The translations under genes and the position numbers were made by a program. From NCBI RefSeq assembly GCF_009914755.1, contig NC_060930.1: a DNA stretch of 64,000 bases; one strand, written 5' to 3'. This document shows positions 1 to 14,330 of this stretch, piece by piece (the first letter of the stretch is position 1; the number at the start of each line of letters is the position of its first letter). The stretch is from the human T2T-CHM13v2.0 reference genome, Homo sapiens. The notes under the pieces are model-generated. The model did not search any database and was not told the DNA's origin. It worked only from the letters and a program-made list of their open reading frames with translations.

Positions 1-169
1 GCACACAGTTTTGCCAGGCCTTTCTCAAGAGGTAAAAGTTCCTAGCTGTTTGCATTTCCCAGAAATAATGTTTTCCATGTGTAGGGATTTTACAGATTTC
101 AAAGTGCTTTCATGTCAATTACTTTCTTTAATTTAAAAGAAGTTCAGATACCAGGTCAAGCTAGGAATG

Positions 170-760
170 ATCCGGTCTCAGAGGGAAGGAGCGCTCTAGG
201 AAAGGAGGATCCTTTAATAGAGGGCCGTCCTGGGGCCGCGTGCCCATGGAAGGCGAGAGTGGAGGAGTGTCCTCTTTCTCCCCCACCCTCAGGCGGCGGC
301 CCGGCCAAAGCCAGAGGGGGCTGTCTCCTCCTCTTCCCCAGCAGCTGCTGCTCGCTCAGCTCACAAGCCAAGGCCAGGGGACAGGGCGGCAGCGACTCCT
401 CTGGCTCCCGAGAAGTGGATCCGGTCGCGGCCACTACGATGCCGGGAGCCGCCGGGGTCCTCCTCCTTCTGCTGCTCTCCGGAGGCCTCGGGGGCGTACA
501 GGCGCAGCGGCCGCAGCAGCAGCGGCAGTCACAGGCACATCAGCAAAGAGGTACAGTCGAGGCATGGGCTTGGGTTGCATCCTTTGCCGGGACCGAGATT
601 CCTCACTTCTTCCACTCTTCCGAGAGTTGCTGTCTGTGGACTGCCGTCTTGCTTCGCCTTCAGAGAGTGCGCTCTGGGGCAAGAGGAACTTGAAGCAAGT
701 TCAAGTTCAATGCCATGAGAGCGTAGTGTAGGGGGAATTACCTAAGTCCTGCAAAAGGAA
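170..760 (+). promoter_or_regulatory. LAMA2: CpG/GC-rich promoter and first-exon region of LAMA2
   Basis: Sharp GC/CpG enrichment against AT-rich flanks. Contains CCCCACCC (KLF/SP-like, ~281-288), E-box CAGCTG 342-347 and GC box GGGCGG 384-389; no convincing TATA. TSS probably near ~334 (recalled 5'UTR, not measurable here). Confidence 0.8.
439..550 (+). CDS. LAMA2: Laminin subunit alpha-2, coding part of exon 1 (signal peptide and N-terminus; 112 nt, phase-1 intron follows)
   Basis: ATG at 439 in good Kozak context (actacgATGc). Translates MPGAAGVLLLLLLSGGLGGVQAQRPQQQRQSQAHQQR(G), the recognisable LAMA2 N-terminus. Donor GAG|GTACAG at 550/551. Confidence 0.97.
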
Positions 761-974
761 CGGGGAGTGCTTTTCATTGTTCTTTAGTTTCGAAGAGGTC
801 TTGCTATCACGATACATCCCGTAAATTGATTTCTGAAATCTTTCCAAGAGGAAAACTTTTTCCAATTGGAAAAAAAAGAATTTCTTCAAATCAGAGCCCA
901 TCCTGCAGAGAAAGGCTTCCCAAGCTGTGTGGTTCATCCTGGGACTTTATGGAGGGTAGCTGATGCATCAAAAA

Positions 975-979
<5 letters not shown>

Positions 980-1039
<60 letters not shown>
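980..1039. repeat. Compound microsatellite (TA)n(CA)n(TA)n
   Basis: Directly visible alternating purine/pyrimidine tract. Confidence 0.97.
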
Positions 1040-4000
1040 AAGTTTTACAGAACTTTGTTTTCAACTTTTAAAACAGGATTTCTAAAGAAGTTATGTGGTT
1101 TTTTTTCTTTCATGGCAATGGCGCCTCCAGCCTCACCTTTTTCAAACCCACATCTTATCTTCATATCCTATTTTATTGTAGTGAAATCGTGAAATTTCTC
1201 CTTTTGCTTAAATACAGAGGAGACTTCTATGTCATGTGTACTTTAAGGCCACAGTGACTAGATATACACTTTGGAGGACTTTGGAAGATGGCTGTATTTA
1301 ATGTAACTTAAATAACTTATTCTCCTCAGAGACTCTTAGTGTTTATGTATATATAGCTCTCATTTCTGAAACTTTGGGGAGTCTTTGAAGAGTTATTTTA
1401 TTATCATGAATTTTACAGGAAGCACATGTGCAGCATTGTAAGACATACTTTGTAACACATTATTTCAGCAAACAATTCTTTAAGTTGGAAAACCTGTATC
1501 AAAGTAAAAAAAAAAGAAATATTTATTATTCGGTTTTAAATATGAAAATGTTTAACCTAAGAGTACAAAATCTGTAGGTTAGAAGCTTTTAAAAGTTTTA
1601 ATGAGGCTGAATCTGCTTAAGTTTTGAAGTATACTTATCCTTCTTCCAGTTAACTTCTAGCCAAGTCAATAGTTCTGATATTTGTTCTTATAATCTAGCA
1701 TTTTTAGCAGTACTATTTTTTAAGGAGTAAAGAGATATCCCAAGCTCTTTCTATAATAATAACTCCCTGATTAAAATTCTTGGAATAAAAATGACCTTGC
1801 ATTCACTATATAACTTTTTTCCTTCTATTTTTGCTTTTGCTTCTCTGAGAGGTAAAATGGGGCCAATATGACTTAATTAATATAATTTACGAGAGTGATT
1901 TTAAGAGTATCTCTGGCCACTTATTTTTAAAAATTCTACTTTTAACTATTAAACTTTGCTCAATTACAAGGTGTGTTTAAACAAGACATAATACTTTAAT
2001 AATGTTAGGCAGCTGGGAGAAATGAGGGGCCAGGGGCACCAATCCTTATGTCCACTTGGAATGGGGCAGAAACTCAAAGCATGCAGAGTAAGGATCAAGT
2101 AAATTGTTGCTAAGAATTATCCTGAACACACACAGGATTTCTCTTTTTTCCTCTCCCTTCTTATTTACTCTCTTTTCAAATAAGGTAATATTAACTCTGA
2201 TTTCTATGACCCAGGCACAAGATGAAGTGAATTCAGGAGGAAGGGTTTATACTACCATTCTGTCAAGATACCACTTAAATGCTACATACAATAAGGAATT
2301 TTATTCAAAATAGCTACAACATACAATCTACTATAGGCTGCTATAATCTGCATTCTAGTATATATTATTGTCTTTGTCATAGACCATTTACAATATATCT
2401 GGAGGTTGGCTCAAGGATAAATGACTTAAACCTGTTAATGTTGAAAGTATGTAAAATTCATGAAACTTTAAAATTGGATAGTGATTTATGATTTAAAAAT
2501 GCCTTATGTACACGATCTTTATTCACCTTCAGATATTATTATTCTCAAAGGACAAATTTAGAACTTAGGCTTCCAGTAGTTGTAATTTAAGTTTACATAA
2601 TAATAACTTTATTTCAACAACTAAAACACTTCCGGTATTGTTTGTGCTGAATTCCCTTTTTTATGGTTCCAAGGTTTCTTTCCATTAATTGTTTAGGCCA
2701 TGTTTTCTTTTTAGTGTTGTTCCATTGAAGCAAGCCCTCTGTGAAAATCACGGGATATGAGTTTGACTGGAGAAGGGTTTTCCTGGCTATGATCAACTTT
2801 TCTGTTTTCGATTATACTAGCACTGACCTTTCTAGGCAAGCGCTAATTGTGTAGAAGTTCTATTTCCCCTTATAATTCGATACCACTTTATTAAGAATTT
2901 TTGACATGAATCAACCATTTTTAGATGTTGCAGTTGAGTTAGAAACATAACCAGACTTTTTGTTTTTTACTTTTTCTTTGAAATCTTATGTGGTTTCTAT
3001 AGCATACTCGATTGTAGTATGAATAGCATTGATTCAGCAAGAATGATATTCCAAGGAAATTCTTTAGCTATATTTAAAATTGACGAAATAGAATGATGCA
3101 ATCAAAATGATTCTGCATTTCAGCAAGGCAGTGTCTAAAATGTTTTCTGATATTCTTGTGAATAATATGTGGAAACTGAAGCATAATGGCAGGTAAATTG
3201 CAACTGATTGAAAAATAGTTCACAAAGAATATTGCATAGTGGATTAAGGTCAATCCGGAAAGAAGTCTCTAGCAGTGCAACAGAGGTTTTCTTATACTCA
3301 ACTATCTTGGTAATGGCTTGATGGAAAATGTAAAATCCAAGCTTATCAGAACTGCATGTGGTCCAAAATTGATAGAGGTGGCTAAGCTGGTTACTAACAA
3401 GTTCAGAAATTTTAAAGGTCTCTATAGCCTTGACCATGAATGGCACCTACATGAAGTTGCTTTTATTATTCATATCCACATGTTAAAAAAAAAAAGTCCA
3501 TTTGTGCTCTTCTGGAAATTAGTTACATTGTTTATATGTTTAGGAATGAATATGAAGACAGGAAGAGAAAGGCCACTCTGAATTGCAGCAAGTTCGATAT
3601 GAACATATAGTGTAATATGGTGACAAAAAAGGTTGGCTCACTTTTACACAAAACTCATAGAAGCACATAGGTCTGTTGCTTAACACACATTTGGGTATTT
3701 CATTGACAAATGGGTGTAGATGCAGAGAAGGGAGAGCAGAATGGTTAAGAGTCTGAGAAGATTTTCAGAAGAGGAATGTCCCAAGTAAAATCTTTCCATC
3801 TGAACAAGGAAAGATTTAGGGAAGGCAATCATAAGGACTGTCCTCAAATTTTCAGAAGAGTCGTTATGTTAAAGAGGGACTATTCTAAAGGCTGAAGGTG
3901 GATCCATAGAAGAACATGACAAACAACCAGGTTTGAATTTTATAATATGGAGAAAATAGCTCCTCTCCTCACTTCCTCCCCATGCCATTTTGAGTTGTTC

Positions 4001-4775
4001 AGAAATAGCTGAATTGTGTTTGAGCAACTTGCTTCTGGAAATGACCATGCAGTGATCAGATGTACAGTTAGTGAGGGATGCTTTATGAGGGAATGCCTCT
4101 ACTGAGAGGAAGTTAAGACTCATCAACTGTCTAGCCATTTGTCAGTTCTAAGATTCTAATATTATAGTCTATTGCTTTTAGAGTGCATACTTGCATTTAA
4201 ATTTCTGAATTCTTAAAATGTCAAGAAAATGTTAAATATATAAAAATGTGTTTTTAAATCCCTTCTGGGATTTAAAATAAAAACATGTTTGAGACAATCC
4301 TCACACATTTTTGGCAAGAATACTTAGATATTTAGCATGGATTTTCCACATCATCGTCAATTGCACAGTTCTAAAACATCTTGTGTTATAACACGCAAGA
4401 ATACTTTATAAATTACCTGAGAAATTTTCAGGGGATTCATAGTGGCCATAAACCTGGAATTAATTTTTTTAAATATTTTTCTTTGCTGCATATGTTAACT
4501 TTTTGGCTTGTTTGCCATATACTGACCTAATCATTTAGTAAAAATGATTCATAACAGATAAAATGCATGGCATTTCAACATATTCAAAATATTTATATGA
4601 ACATATTCAACACTGAATATTATAGATGTGATAGAATTAATAAAATTTATATAAATTTTATATTATGTTATATTTCACATATCAATGTGTACAGATTTCT
4701 GGTCTATCTTAAGATTTTTCTACCCTAGGATTTCATGCAAACTAATGAACTGAATCTATATCAAGGGATGCTGGG

Positions 4776-5089
<314 letters not shown>

Positions 5090-5489
5090 TAAAAAGATTT
5101 GCAACTTATCATCTATCCAGTTTGCAGTAGGGCCTTATTTAGCATCTAGAAACCATGTGAAAAAGATCAGGAAGAAATTATTGTAAATAATTATTGTAAA
5201 TGGTTGCACAAGTGGTTTAACTTCTAATCTAGAAGATTCGGGTTTAGGATTTGTTTACAGTTGCAACTTGAGCCTCGATAGCTAAACAGGAATTTAGGCA
5301 GAAGCTCCGTTTCAGTAAATGAGAAAACAAGACAGAGTTTAGAGAAAGATAAAAGTAGATTTTCCAGGCTTAGTATATACCAAGCAGATAGAAATAAAAC
5401 TAATTCTAGGCTTTCCCCATTGGTAAGACTGAATTTAGAGGTCAGAAGTTGTGAAGGAAATTGGTGGGGTTGGGCCTATATGCATTGGA

Positions 5490-6030
5490 ATGTGGTAAAT
5501 GAATGAATGTTTACAGTGAGTAAAGAAGATAAAAAAATTCCTGCTCTTGTGGAACTAATATTTAGTTGGGATGGAGATGAGCAGACAGGACTATGATGAA
5601 TATATGATGAAGCAACAAAAGAACACCTATATTGTATAAAATGTAGTTGATGAAAAATGTCCTGGACAAACAAATACAACGGGGTAAGGACAGTCAGGAG
5701 TTCTAGGAATGGAGGGAGGTTGATGGCTATTTTGTTGGTAAAGGTTGGTAAAGGTTGACCTCTTTGAGAGGATCTCACTTTGGCAAACACTTGAAGATGA
5801 CGTGGGAGTGATTTGTGCAGTTATCAGGGGGAAGAGTACTCTCTGTACAGGGAGCAGGCCTATGAGGATCTAAGCTTGGAGCATGGTGAGAAGGCTCAGA
5901 GGAGAAATGGGAAACTGGAACACATAGCATTGTTGACCTTAATTTTAAAGATTTTGCCTTTTTGTCTGAGTGAGATGAGGAGGCATCGGTGAGTTTTAAC
6001 AGAGTTAAATAAATGAATAAAATCACAGGT
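5490..6030 (-). mobile_element. Ancient L2 LINE fragment
   Basis: Degenerate L2-type motifs (cctgctcttgtggaact..., gattttgccttttgtctgagtgagatgaggaggcat). Boundaries approximate. Confidence 0.5.
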
Positions 6031-7729
6031 TTTTTTGTCTCAAATACGCACTAATCCATGGGACTAGACCAACAGTCCAAGCATAGAATTATTTTAGATT
6101 TATCTCTTGTCCCAAACACTCCACTGATAGAACACATTTAAGTGATTCTACATTCAAGAGCATTCCACTTCAACCATCTTATCATGGTGAAGCTCAGATG
6201 TGTCTTTGTAACACTCTTTTCTTCCCTTTGGCAACTCAGTGCTATTCCATTATTCAAAATATATCAGTACCTCAGAAACAATTTGTGTGCAGGGAACTTC
6301 CGCAGCTTTTAAAAATTTTGCTCCAGTGTAGTTAGAAATATGACAGATTTTTAAGGGTAATTTTAAATAGTATGCACTTTAAAACAAAAATGAATTATTC
6401 ACAATCCCACATGGACATATAGGTACTTTGGAGTTCCCTTTTTTATTATCTATTTCAATCTCAGACGCTAAAGTTTAGACACAATTGTTGAAAATGACAT
6501 AGTGATGTATTGATCTGATGATTTCTTTTATGATATGAAATTTGAAATGCTACCTGTTTTACATTCAGAAACTTATTCTATGTTCTGTTTCCATTTTTGT
6601 TACTGTTTTAAGAATCACTTGTAAGCTTTAACAATAACGTTTTGGACTATAGTAATGCAATTTTGGCCTAATTTAATTCTGTCATTTAGAACAAAAAAGG
6701 TAAAAAAATTGGATAGCTTTTCCTTCTCTCTCCCTCTCTTCTCTTTCTCCCTTCCTTTCTTCCTTCCTCCCTTTCTTTATTTTCCTTTTCCCTTAGTATT
6801 CTTCCTGTGAATAAAATAAGGTAATTAAAATAGATAATTCTAACAAATATAACATTTAGGAAGATAGTAAGGCAAAACTTTACTTAAATCTTCCTTATTA
6901 AAAGCCACAGGTAATTACTATCTAAAGATAGTTTGAGACATATTTTCAGGGTGAGTTAAAGCTAAAGACATTTGCTTGTCAAAGATGTATAATATGGGTT
7001 TAAAAATGTTTTTCTCCTAAGTAATCTTGAGTGTGGATCTTAATATGGGAACTTTATGCTATTTGGATTTTATTTGGACACGTGACATTTACAAAAGATC
7101 ATTGAGGATTGCCTATTAATGGGTTATTATTCATAATATCGGCCTCTGTGACATGCCTAATCTAGTTCAAACAACAAGTTAATCTATGCAAATTCCTGAT
7201 GATGAAAACCTCAGGAGCTATTTAGTGCCTGGCACTTAGGAAATGTACCTTGTGCAATGTTAAGTATGTCTCTGTATGTGTAGTCCACTCAACTGACCCC
7301 CGAACTGTGTACCTCCCCAAGGCTCTTCATTTAGCTGCGTCTTGAGTGCCAGATGGTTTAGATTGGTATAATAATATGTAGTGCATTGTGAGCATTAACA
7401 CATTTACTTACGTAGCAGAGCTGTTTAGTAGATTAATATAATTATCCTCAGTTTGTAGAAGGAAAATATGCCCAGCAACTTGTCAAGGACAAACAAAAAT
7501 TCCAATGCTTATTTTAGAATTAGAAATTAAATTACGGTCCTGCTCTTGACTTTGTAGATGCTAACTATCACCTCTTTTGGACTTTTATATATTTATCTTT
7601 CATAAAATACCCTGAGGAAAAAAAAATCCATTTCTAAGTTATGTTAGTCTATCATATCCAGAGATTCATTTGGTATTATGGAAGAACAAAAAATAAAATG
7701 TGTAGTCTTGAAGGGTCTTTTTCATTTAA

Positions 7730-7731
<2 letters not shown>

Positions 7732-7760
<29 letters not shown>
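7732..7760. repeat. (CA)n microsatellite
   Basis: Directly visible. Confidence 0.97.
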
Positions 7761-7762
<2 letters not shown>

Positions 7763-10254
7763 CTGCTTATTACTATGTAGACATATACACACATGTATTA
7801 CTTAAAACTATGCATTAATTCAAATGCATTCATCAAATTTTAGTGTTTACATTCTTGGAACTTTGATTACTGGACACTAGGCTATAAGAAAATATTAATT
7901 GATTCTTTATTGGCTTTTCTGAAGTAACTTTACAGAAGTTACTTCAGCAAGCTAGAAACAACGGTATTTATTATACTGTATAATGAACCCTTTAAGAATA
8001 GTCAATGTGTAAATGTCAGTGAATGAAAAGAACAAGAACCAAACAGATATACCTAAGAATCAGAGCAAGATTAATCTCAAAATTCCTTCTGAAAAGATGA
8101 AAAACCTTGACATCTTCATAAAAACATTTAAAGACTTTCATTTGAAGTTGAACTCAGTTAAGACAAAAGTCTTCCAATCTCCCAGATTTTGAGAGGGTGT
8201 ATTTGTGTATGTATGTGATTGCAGCACCAGTGCACATGTACCATTTACAGCCTAGCACTCACAGGACCTAATTTGTATATTTAGTATGTTTTCTGTTTGA
8301 TTTTTGTTGTCTTAAGGTATTAGATTTTGTTTATCAAAATCTTTGAATAAGAAAATCTAAAAATTGAATTTCTAGAAAACTCTAGTTGCCTTGACAAATG
8401 ATTATGGACCAAAGAATAAATTATAAATGAGACAATTATAATATTCCATCCAGTAGCTATACTGTTAAAATTCCAAGGTATAATCCCTTTCGAGTTGCTT
8501 GTAACTTAGAAGGTCCTATTCTATAGAAGAAATAGAGTTAGTAGAGTTTGCTGCATCAAATATATTTTTTCAAATGCCTACATATTATAGTTGACACAAT
8601 TTCCTGGCTTTATTGCCTTCTGTGCAATTTTCAATTATTGGATGAGGCTGAAAGTTTGAAAGAGAATATGAAGCAGTGCAATTGTCATTTCAGTGAGCTA
8701 CCTCATCTCATTGGTTTGTCGTGGTACATATGTAAAACACTGAATATAAAACATGAAACATCTAGTAAGGCCTCAATAAATGTTCATTTTCAAAATGCCT
8801 CAAAAAATGAATTAAACCTAACAACCTAACATGACATTCTCTGGCTGAAAGAAACACTCTTCTCCAACATCATGTGGTATACCAAATTCAGTTGAGACTG
8901 TTTGTGAAGGAAGGAATTTGCTTATATACTTAAACACACAAGTATTTGAATTCTAATTAGAATTTGTGCTGCAGTATTTCTTTATTCTCAACTTTATAGC
9001 TTAGCCTACAATAAAAACTCTTATCAATACGTACCTCTTTATACCTTTAGTTTCCACATACAGTACTCTTCTTTGGAGGTAACTGAATCGTAGAAAACGT
9101 ATGGACTTAGGAGAAGGCTAGACTCGGATCCATAGCCAAGTCACCACTTTACTAAGATCAAAAGCCTGAGTCAACGGAGTTAAATTTTCTATTCGTAAGA
9201 TAGGTTTAGGTTAGATAATAAATGTGAAAATACTTGCCAGCTAATCAGTAAATACTAGCTCTTTTCTTCTTTATTTTATGAGCATAAAACTAAAAAAAAA
9301 GATTTGCTTTGCATATAGCATATCCTTTTTGCTTAAGAACAGCAAAATATTCTAAAAATTTCTTTGAGGAGACCCTAAGAGACTATAGATGGCAAACTAT
9401 TTATCTCATTGCCAAGAGATTGAATAATTCTGTCGAGGTTACACAGCAAGTCAGTAACAGAGATAAGAAGAAACACAAGTTCCTATAATTAGCTAACAGT
9501 TATGTTAGTAGCTCTGTGTGAGAAGTGATTTAAAACAGGCAACATGATGGAAATTTTTGCAATAATTTGTAGTTATTCATACTTCAAATGTGGTACAATA
9601 AACGTTTTTTCTAGGAATCTCATTGTTGAATATGTATTTATTTTGTTGATAAACTATTTTTTAAAAACTTCTTTAATACTTATAATATGTTTAGATAAAT
9701 ATATGGCATATAGTAAGCACTTCATAAAGGTTAGTTATTATTCTTAGTCTATGAAGTATATGTTTTCATTGACATCTGCTTGGGTAGAGATGACAATGTG
9801 GCGTGTTTGACACACAATGTAAGTTAATTTCAGCATGGCCTTCAGTGGAAAGTCTAATTGGATTGCAGAAAATCTCTCAATATAGATTGTCTTTATTTGG
9901 ACTCTCCCTAATTACTATAGTAAAAAAAATTCTTGGAATACATTATTTAATACAACTCTGGATAGGGAGGATTCTTAGTGTGTCTACTTGTGTATTAAAT
10001 TTTTAGTGTGTCTATTTTGTATTAAATCTACTATTAAAAAAACCACCAAAAAACAAAACCAAAAAACCTACTTCAGAAAATCATATAGTACTCTAACAAA
10101 TCTCTAGAGAAAACTGCTTTTCTAAACTTGGGAACGCTGGATTTTGAAAATATTTCAGACAAAACACTTCTTAAAGGCCCGTTTACCATCAAAAAGTTTC
10201 AATCTTGCCTAACACATAATGTGCAAATATTCATTTTTTCATTCTGATACATTA

Positions 10255-10445
10255 GAAAAGTCACTGGATTTGTAATTGGAATTCCAAAATATAAATTTTC
10301 CCTCTAGCTCTTCCTAAAGAGATTACCTTAAACATGGATAAGTCACTTAACTATTCTGAAATTCAATTTTCCATCTAAAAAATGACAATGTAATGTTCGA
10401 ATCTATTTCATGGGGTTGTTATAAGGGTTAAATAAGGCAGACCAT
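10255..10445 (+). mobile_element. MIR fragment
   Basis: MIR core-like ggataagtcacttaactattctgaaattcaattttccatctaaaaaatg. Confidence 0.55.
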
Positions 10446-10859
10446 ACAAATACCATTATTAATACTATTTGTTATTATAATAAATGACAGAGTTGGTCTT
10501 AGGCATCATTGGTTATGAAGTTTTGCTCCACCCCCTTTCTTTGTTTTTTTTCCCCAGTGGCTCCTAACCATTTGTTATTAATTAATAATGTTATGTATTA
10601 ATATACATATATGTATTAATAATGTTGTTAATAATGTTATGTATTAATATACTTAGTTCTCCTGTTTTCAAGGACCCATGACACATAGCTTTCAAACATG
10701 GCACAAATTATTTGTTTAGTAAACATATACATACTACTGCATAAGAAGAAAATATGGTATCTGAAAGTGTACATCAGCTTCCTACAAACAAGTAGCAAAG
10801 AGTAAGTATTCAGTGAAATTATAAAACTATCATAAAAATAGCCTAAGGGCTCTGAAACA

Positions 10860-12175
10860 TTCTATGTCAAGATTCCTTTTTATCCTCTTAAAAATAATTG
10901 AAACTTTGATTTATGGTATATCTACTATTTGATTGTATTAAAATTAAAATTGGGAAATTTAAAAATGTTTACTAATTAATTTAAAATACCAGTAATAAAA
11001 CAATTACATGTTGACAAAAAGAACATAACTTTATGAAAAATAATTTTATATCCAAAATAAAACTCTTCAATGTCTGGCTTAATAGAAGAGAACTGGATTC
11101 TCATTTCTGCCTCTGCGTTCAAATTATTACATGTTATTTTAGTTTAAATTATTTTGGTTTAAGCATATTAAGAAATATATAACAACAAACATAGATAAGC
11201 TATTGGAAAAAAGAGGAGTCTGTCAGTGCCTTTTAAGATAGCTGTAAATATTCTTTGATTCTATACCAAAACTCAGTAAGTGGTAGTTTTCAAAAGATTG
11301 GCTGCAGTGTGGTATCTGAAACTGCATCAACGATATTTTTGTACGCTTTTATATTAAAATCTACGGATCTATCTTACACCTGGAAAGAATTTTACCCATG
11401 TGTGATGTTATAGTATCATTCATAGATCATTTGGAAGATACTGATTTACTAGTTATGCAGATCAGCCACAACTTGACAGATTTTCTTATAAAATATTTTA
11501 ATTACATTTTTTATGACTATTGATCTCACCAGAAAAGTCCCTAAATATTAGAAGCTGTTAATCTCACAATGGTAGAGACAAATTTTTCAGAATTTTTATT
11601 TTCATTTGTAAGTTCCTGTAGTTATTGACAAATTTTGTTATTTTTCTTGAAATAGTTACTTTATTCATTCTTAAGAAAATGTTTATCAAACAAATGAGTC
11701 TTAAAAACCATAGTTAGATCCTTTTTGTAGTACATAGGGTATTCCACGAAAAAAGTGGCTAGTTTAGCTTGCAGCTGAAAACAACTGTACAAATGCTTTT
11801 CCTCAAATCAACCATCATGCTTCAGTATACAGTTGATGTTAAAAAGATGTACCCAAGATTTAATAAATTTAATCATTGTTACTACTTCATCAAGTACATT
11901 CATCTGTGAAACTAGTTGTTTTTTTCTTCTGGGAGTGTGTGGTGGTGAAAACTAAACTGACCACTAGCATGGTTTAGTACCCCTGCCTTGATTTGTGCTA
12001 ATGTACCATCAGTGTTTCCCACCACTATTGCTTTTGCACCATCAGTGCACATGTCAACACAATGAAAAGGCAGATAATAATTAAATCTTGTTACTAAAAG
12101 GATTTTTGAACTTGTGTACCTATGGATAATGTATTGTGGACTCCCAGGGATTCACAGATCTTTCTTTGAGCTCTA
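10860..12175 (-). mobile_element. Charlie1-family hAT DNA transposon remnant (Charlie1a/1b-like)
   Basis: Matches remembered Charlie1 consensus segments: tgtctggcttaatagaagagaactggattctcat and gcttttgcaccatcagtgcacatgtcaacacaatgaaaaggc. Confidence 0.7.
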
Positions 12176-12541
12176 CAGGGTTGGACTACAGTTAAGTTCC
12201 TCACTGCCTGCCTCTTCACCAATTCTACAAAATCTATAGCCATATGAAGGTAAATTTTGCAATCAGAAAAAGCCAAAACCACTTCAGTTTTTACCTCAGG
12301 TCTAGTCTAGGAGAGTGATACCATTTCTTTTTAAGGGGGAAGAAATCCAGAAAAGCTTCTTCTGTGGAAAAAGCAGGAAGTGTTAAAACCAGCCAGACAT
12401 ACATATAGAAATCAAAATCTCTGCCATATCATCTGCCCTTCTTAATTTCCTTTCACTTGCCCAAACTATAGTAGAGATAGTGTACTTACCCACAGTTGGA
12501 CATATGATGTTATTCCTAATAGACTTAAAAAGTGAACTCAT

Positions 12542-12852
<311 letters not shown>

Positions 12853-14109
12853 TTAGTACAAAGGAAACATACTAATATCTGTAATTCTGAATATTAGCAG
12901 AAGAGATTTTTATTCCTTGCTGAGCTCCTGAACTCACATCAGGAGGGGTCCTTTGTTCTTTTCATAGAAAGAATTCCTGTTGGAAGCACTGGATATCGTA
13001 TTTCTCAAAATATGGAATTTCCTTCATTTATTTCTAGCCTTTGAAGTTTTGTGATTTCTAAAGCATTTAAAAGGTTTTGTAATGTTGAGAACCTAAAACG
13101 TGATTCTTTTCTCTGTGCCCATCTCATACCATTGTATGTGTGTCATATGATGGATCTGGTTTCTTTTTCTTATTTGTTGGGAGATGTCCAGAGACTCAAG
13201 GATCTATCCTTTGACCAAATTTTTCACTCTTCAAGGGCCTCATACTGCTCTGATTTCAGATGTATAGATATATTGCTTATCAAACACTGATGGGTCTGAA
13301 CATGAGTGGTAGTAAGATATTTCCAGATTAAGTAGACAAATTGTGCAGAATTTTTTAGTATCACTATTTAAATGACTAAATTTTTGAGGTTTATGTGTAT
13401 CCAGCCCAATATGTCCTCTCCTTATCTAGTATAATTTATCTTTAAAAATTAGACTGGCTTGGCATATGTCAGATTTTGTATTTAACAGACTTTTTATATA
13501 TTTCTTTGTTAGGAGGTGTTCAATGTTAGACAAAGTGAACAGATTACTTTGGAATCCATGTCCTGGTCCTGCTGAATAACATGTCCTCACCCTCCTTCCA
13601 TTTTTTTTTTTTTCTGCCATACACATTCCAGTAACACTGAAAGAGTTAATTGATGTGTCCCATCTTTATTGCTTTTGTAAATAGCTATAGATACACTTTA
13701 TATGTAGATAATGGTATGTTTTAAAATTCTGCAAAAATAGCTTTTCAATTCTCTTTATTCTCTTTCTCAAGCTTTGATAAAATATTTTTCATTCAACTTT
13801 TAGGGACTGATTTTCTCCATAGAGTTCCTGATGTGGTGCTACTGGAGTGATGCTGAGAAAACATTATTCTAAATGTTTTTTAGAAACATTTTTTAGAAAA
13901 CATCATTCACCCAGAATCTGAAATTTTATCTTTATTTATTTATTCCTTTGGATAAAACATTGCCCTCACAGGCTATTCTTTTCTAAAATGTTTGCTGTGC
14001 TGTTATTATTCACTTTAATGGAAATTAATTTATCTGCTGACCTCCTTTTTGACAGTTTAGGACTGTATTAAGTTTTCAGATCTGCTCGGTGAGAAATAGT
14101 GAAATAAAA

Positions 14110-14330
14110 CTAGTTAACATCTATGGAATACCTAACTATGGGCCAGCACTGCTGTAAGCATGTCTCATGCCTTAATTTATCAAAGGTAGATGCTATTAAT
14201 CTCATTTAACAGAAGAGAAAACTGAAATGCAAAATGTTAAGTAACTTTCCAAAAGTAAAACAACCAGTGAACTGGTAGAGACCAAGATTTGGACCTAGGT
14301 AGTTCTACTTTGTGGCCCATTCACCTACCC
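14110..14330 (-). mobile_element. MIR fragment
   Basis: catttaacagaagagaaaactgaaatgcaaaatgttaagtaactttccaaaagt, reverse-oriented MIR core. Confidence 0.6.

Noticed and set aside
504-546. CAG/polyQ repeat in LAMA2 exon 1
   Set aside because: Only three uninterrupted CAGs; far too short to be an expansion-prone tract.
112-693. 193-aa ORF extending LAMA2 exon 1 upstream and into the intron
   Set aside because: The upstream ATG lies before the likely TSS, and an extension would bury the signal peptide. The part after 550 is intron read-through past a canonical donor.
156-731. Overlapping ORFs (240..731 +, 156..434 -, 434..682 -) over the promoter
   Set aside because: Stop-poor GC-rich sequence; low-complexity translations with no recognisable family.
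3660-4010. Possible L3/CR1 remnants (also ~62220-62360)
   Set aside because: Only a faint resemblance to the remembered consensus; cannot be supported without a profile search.
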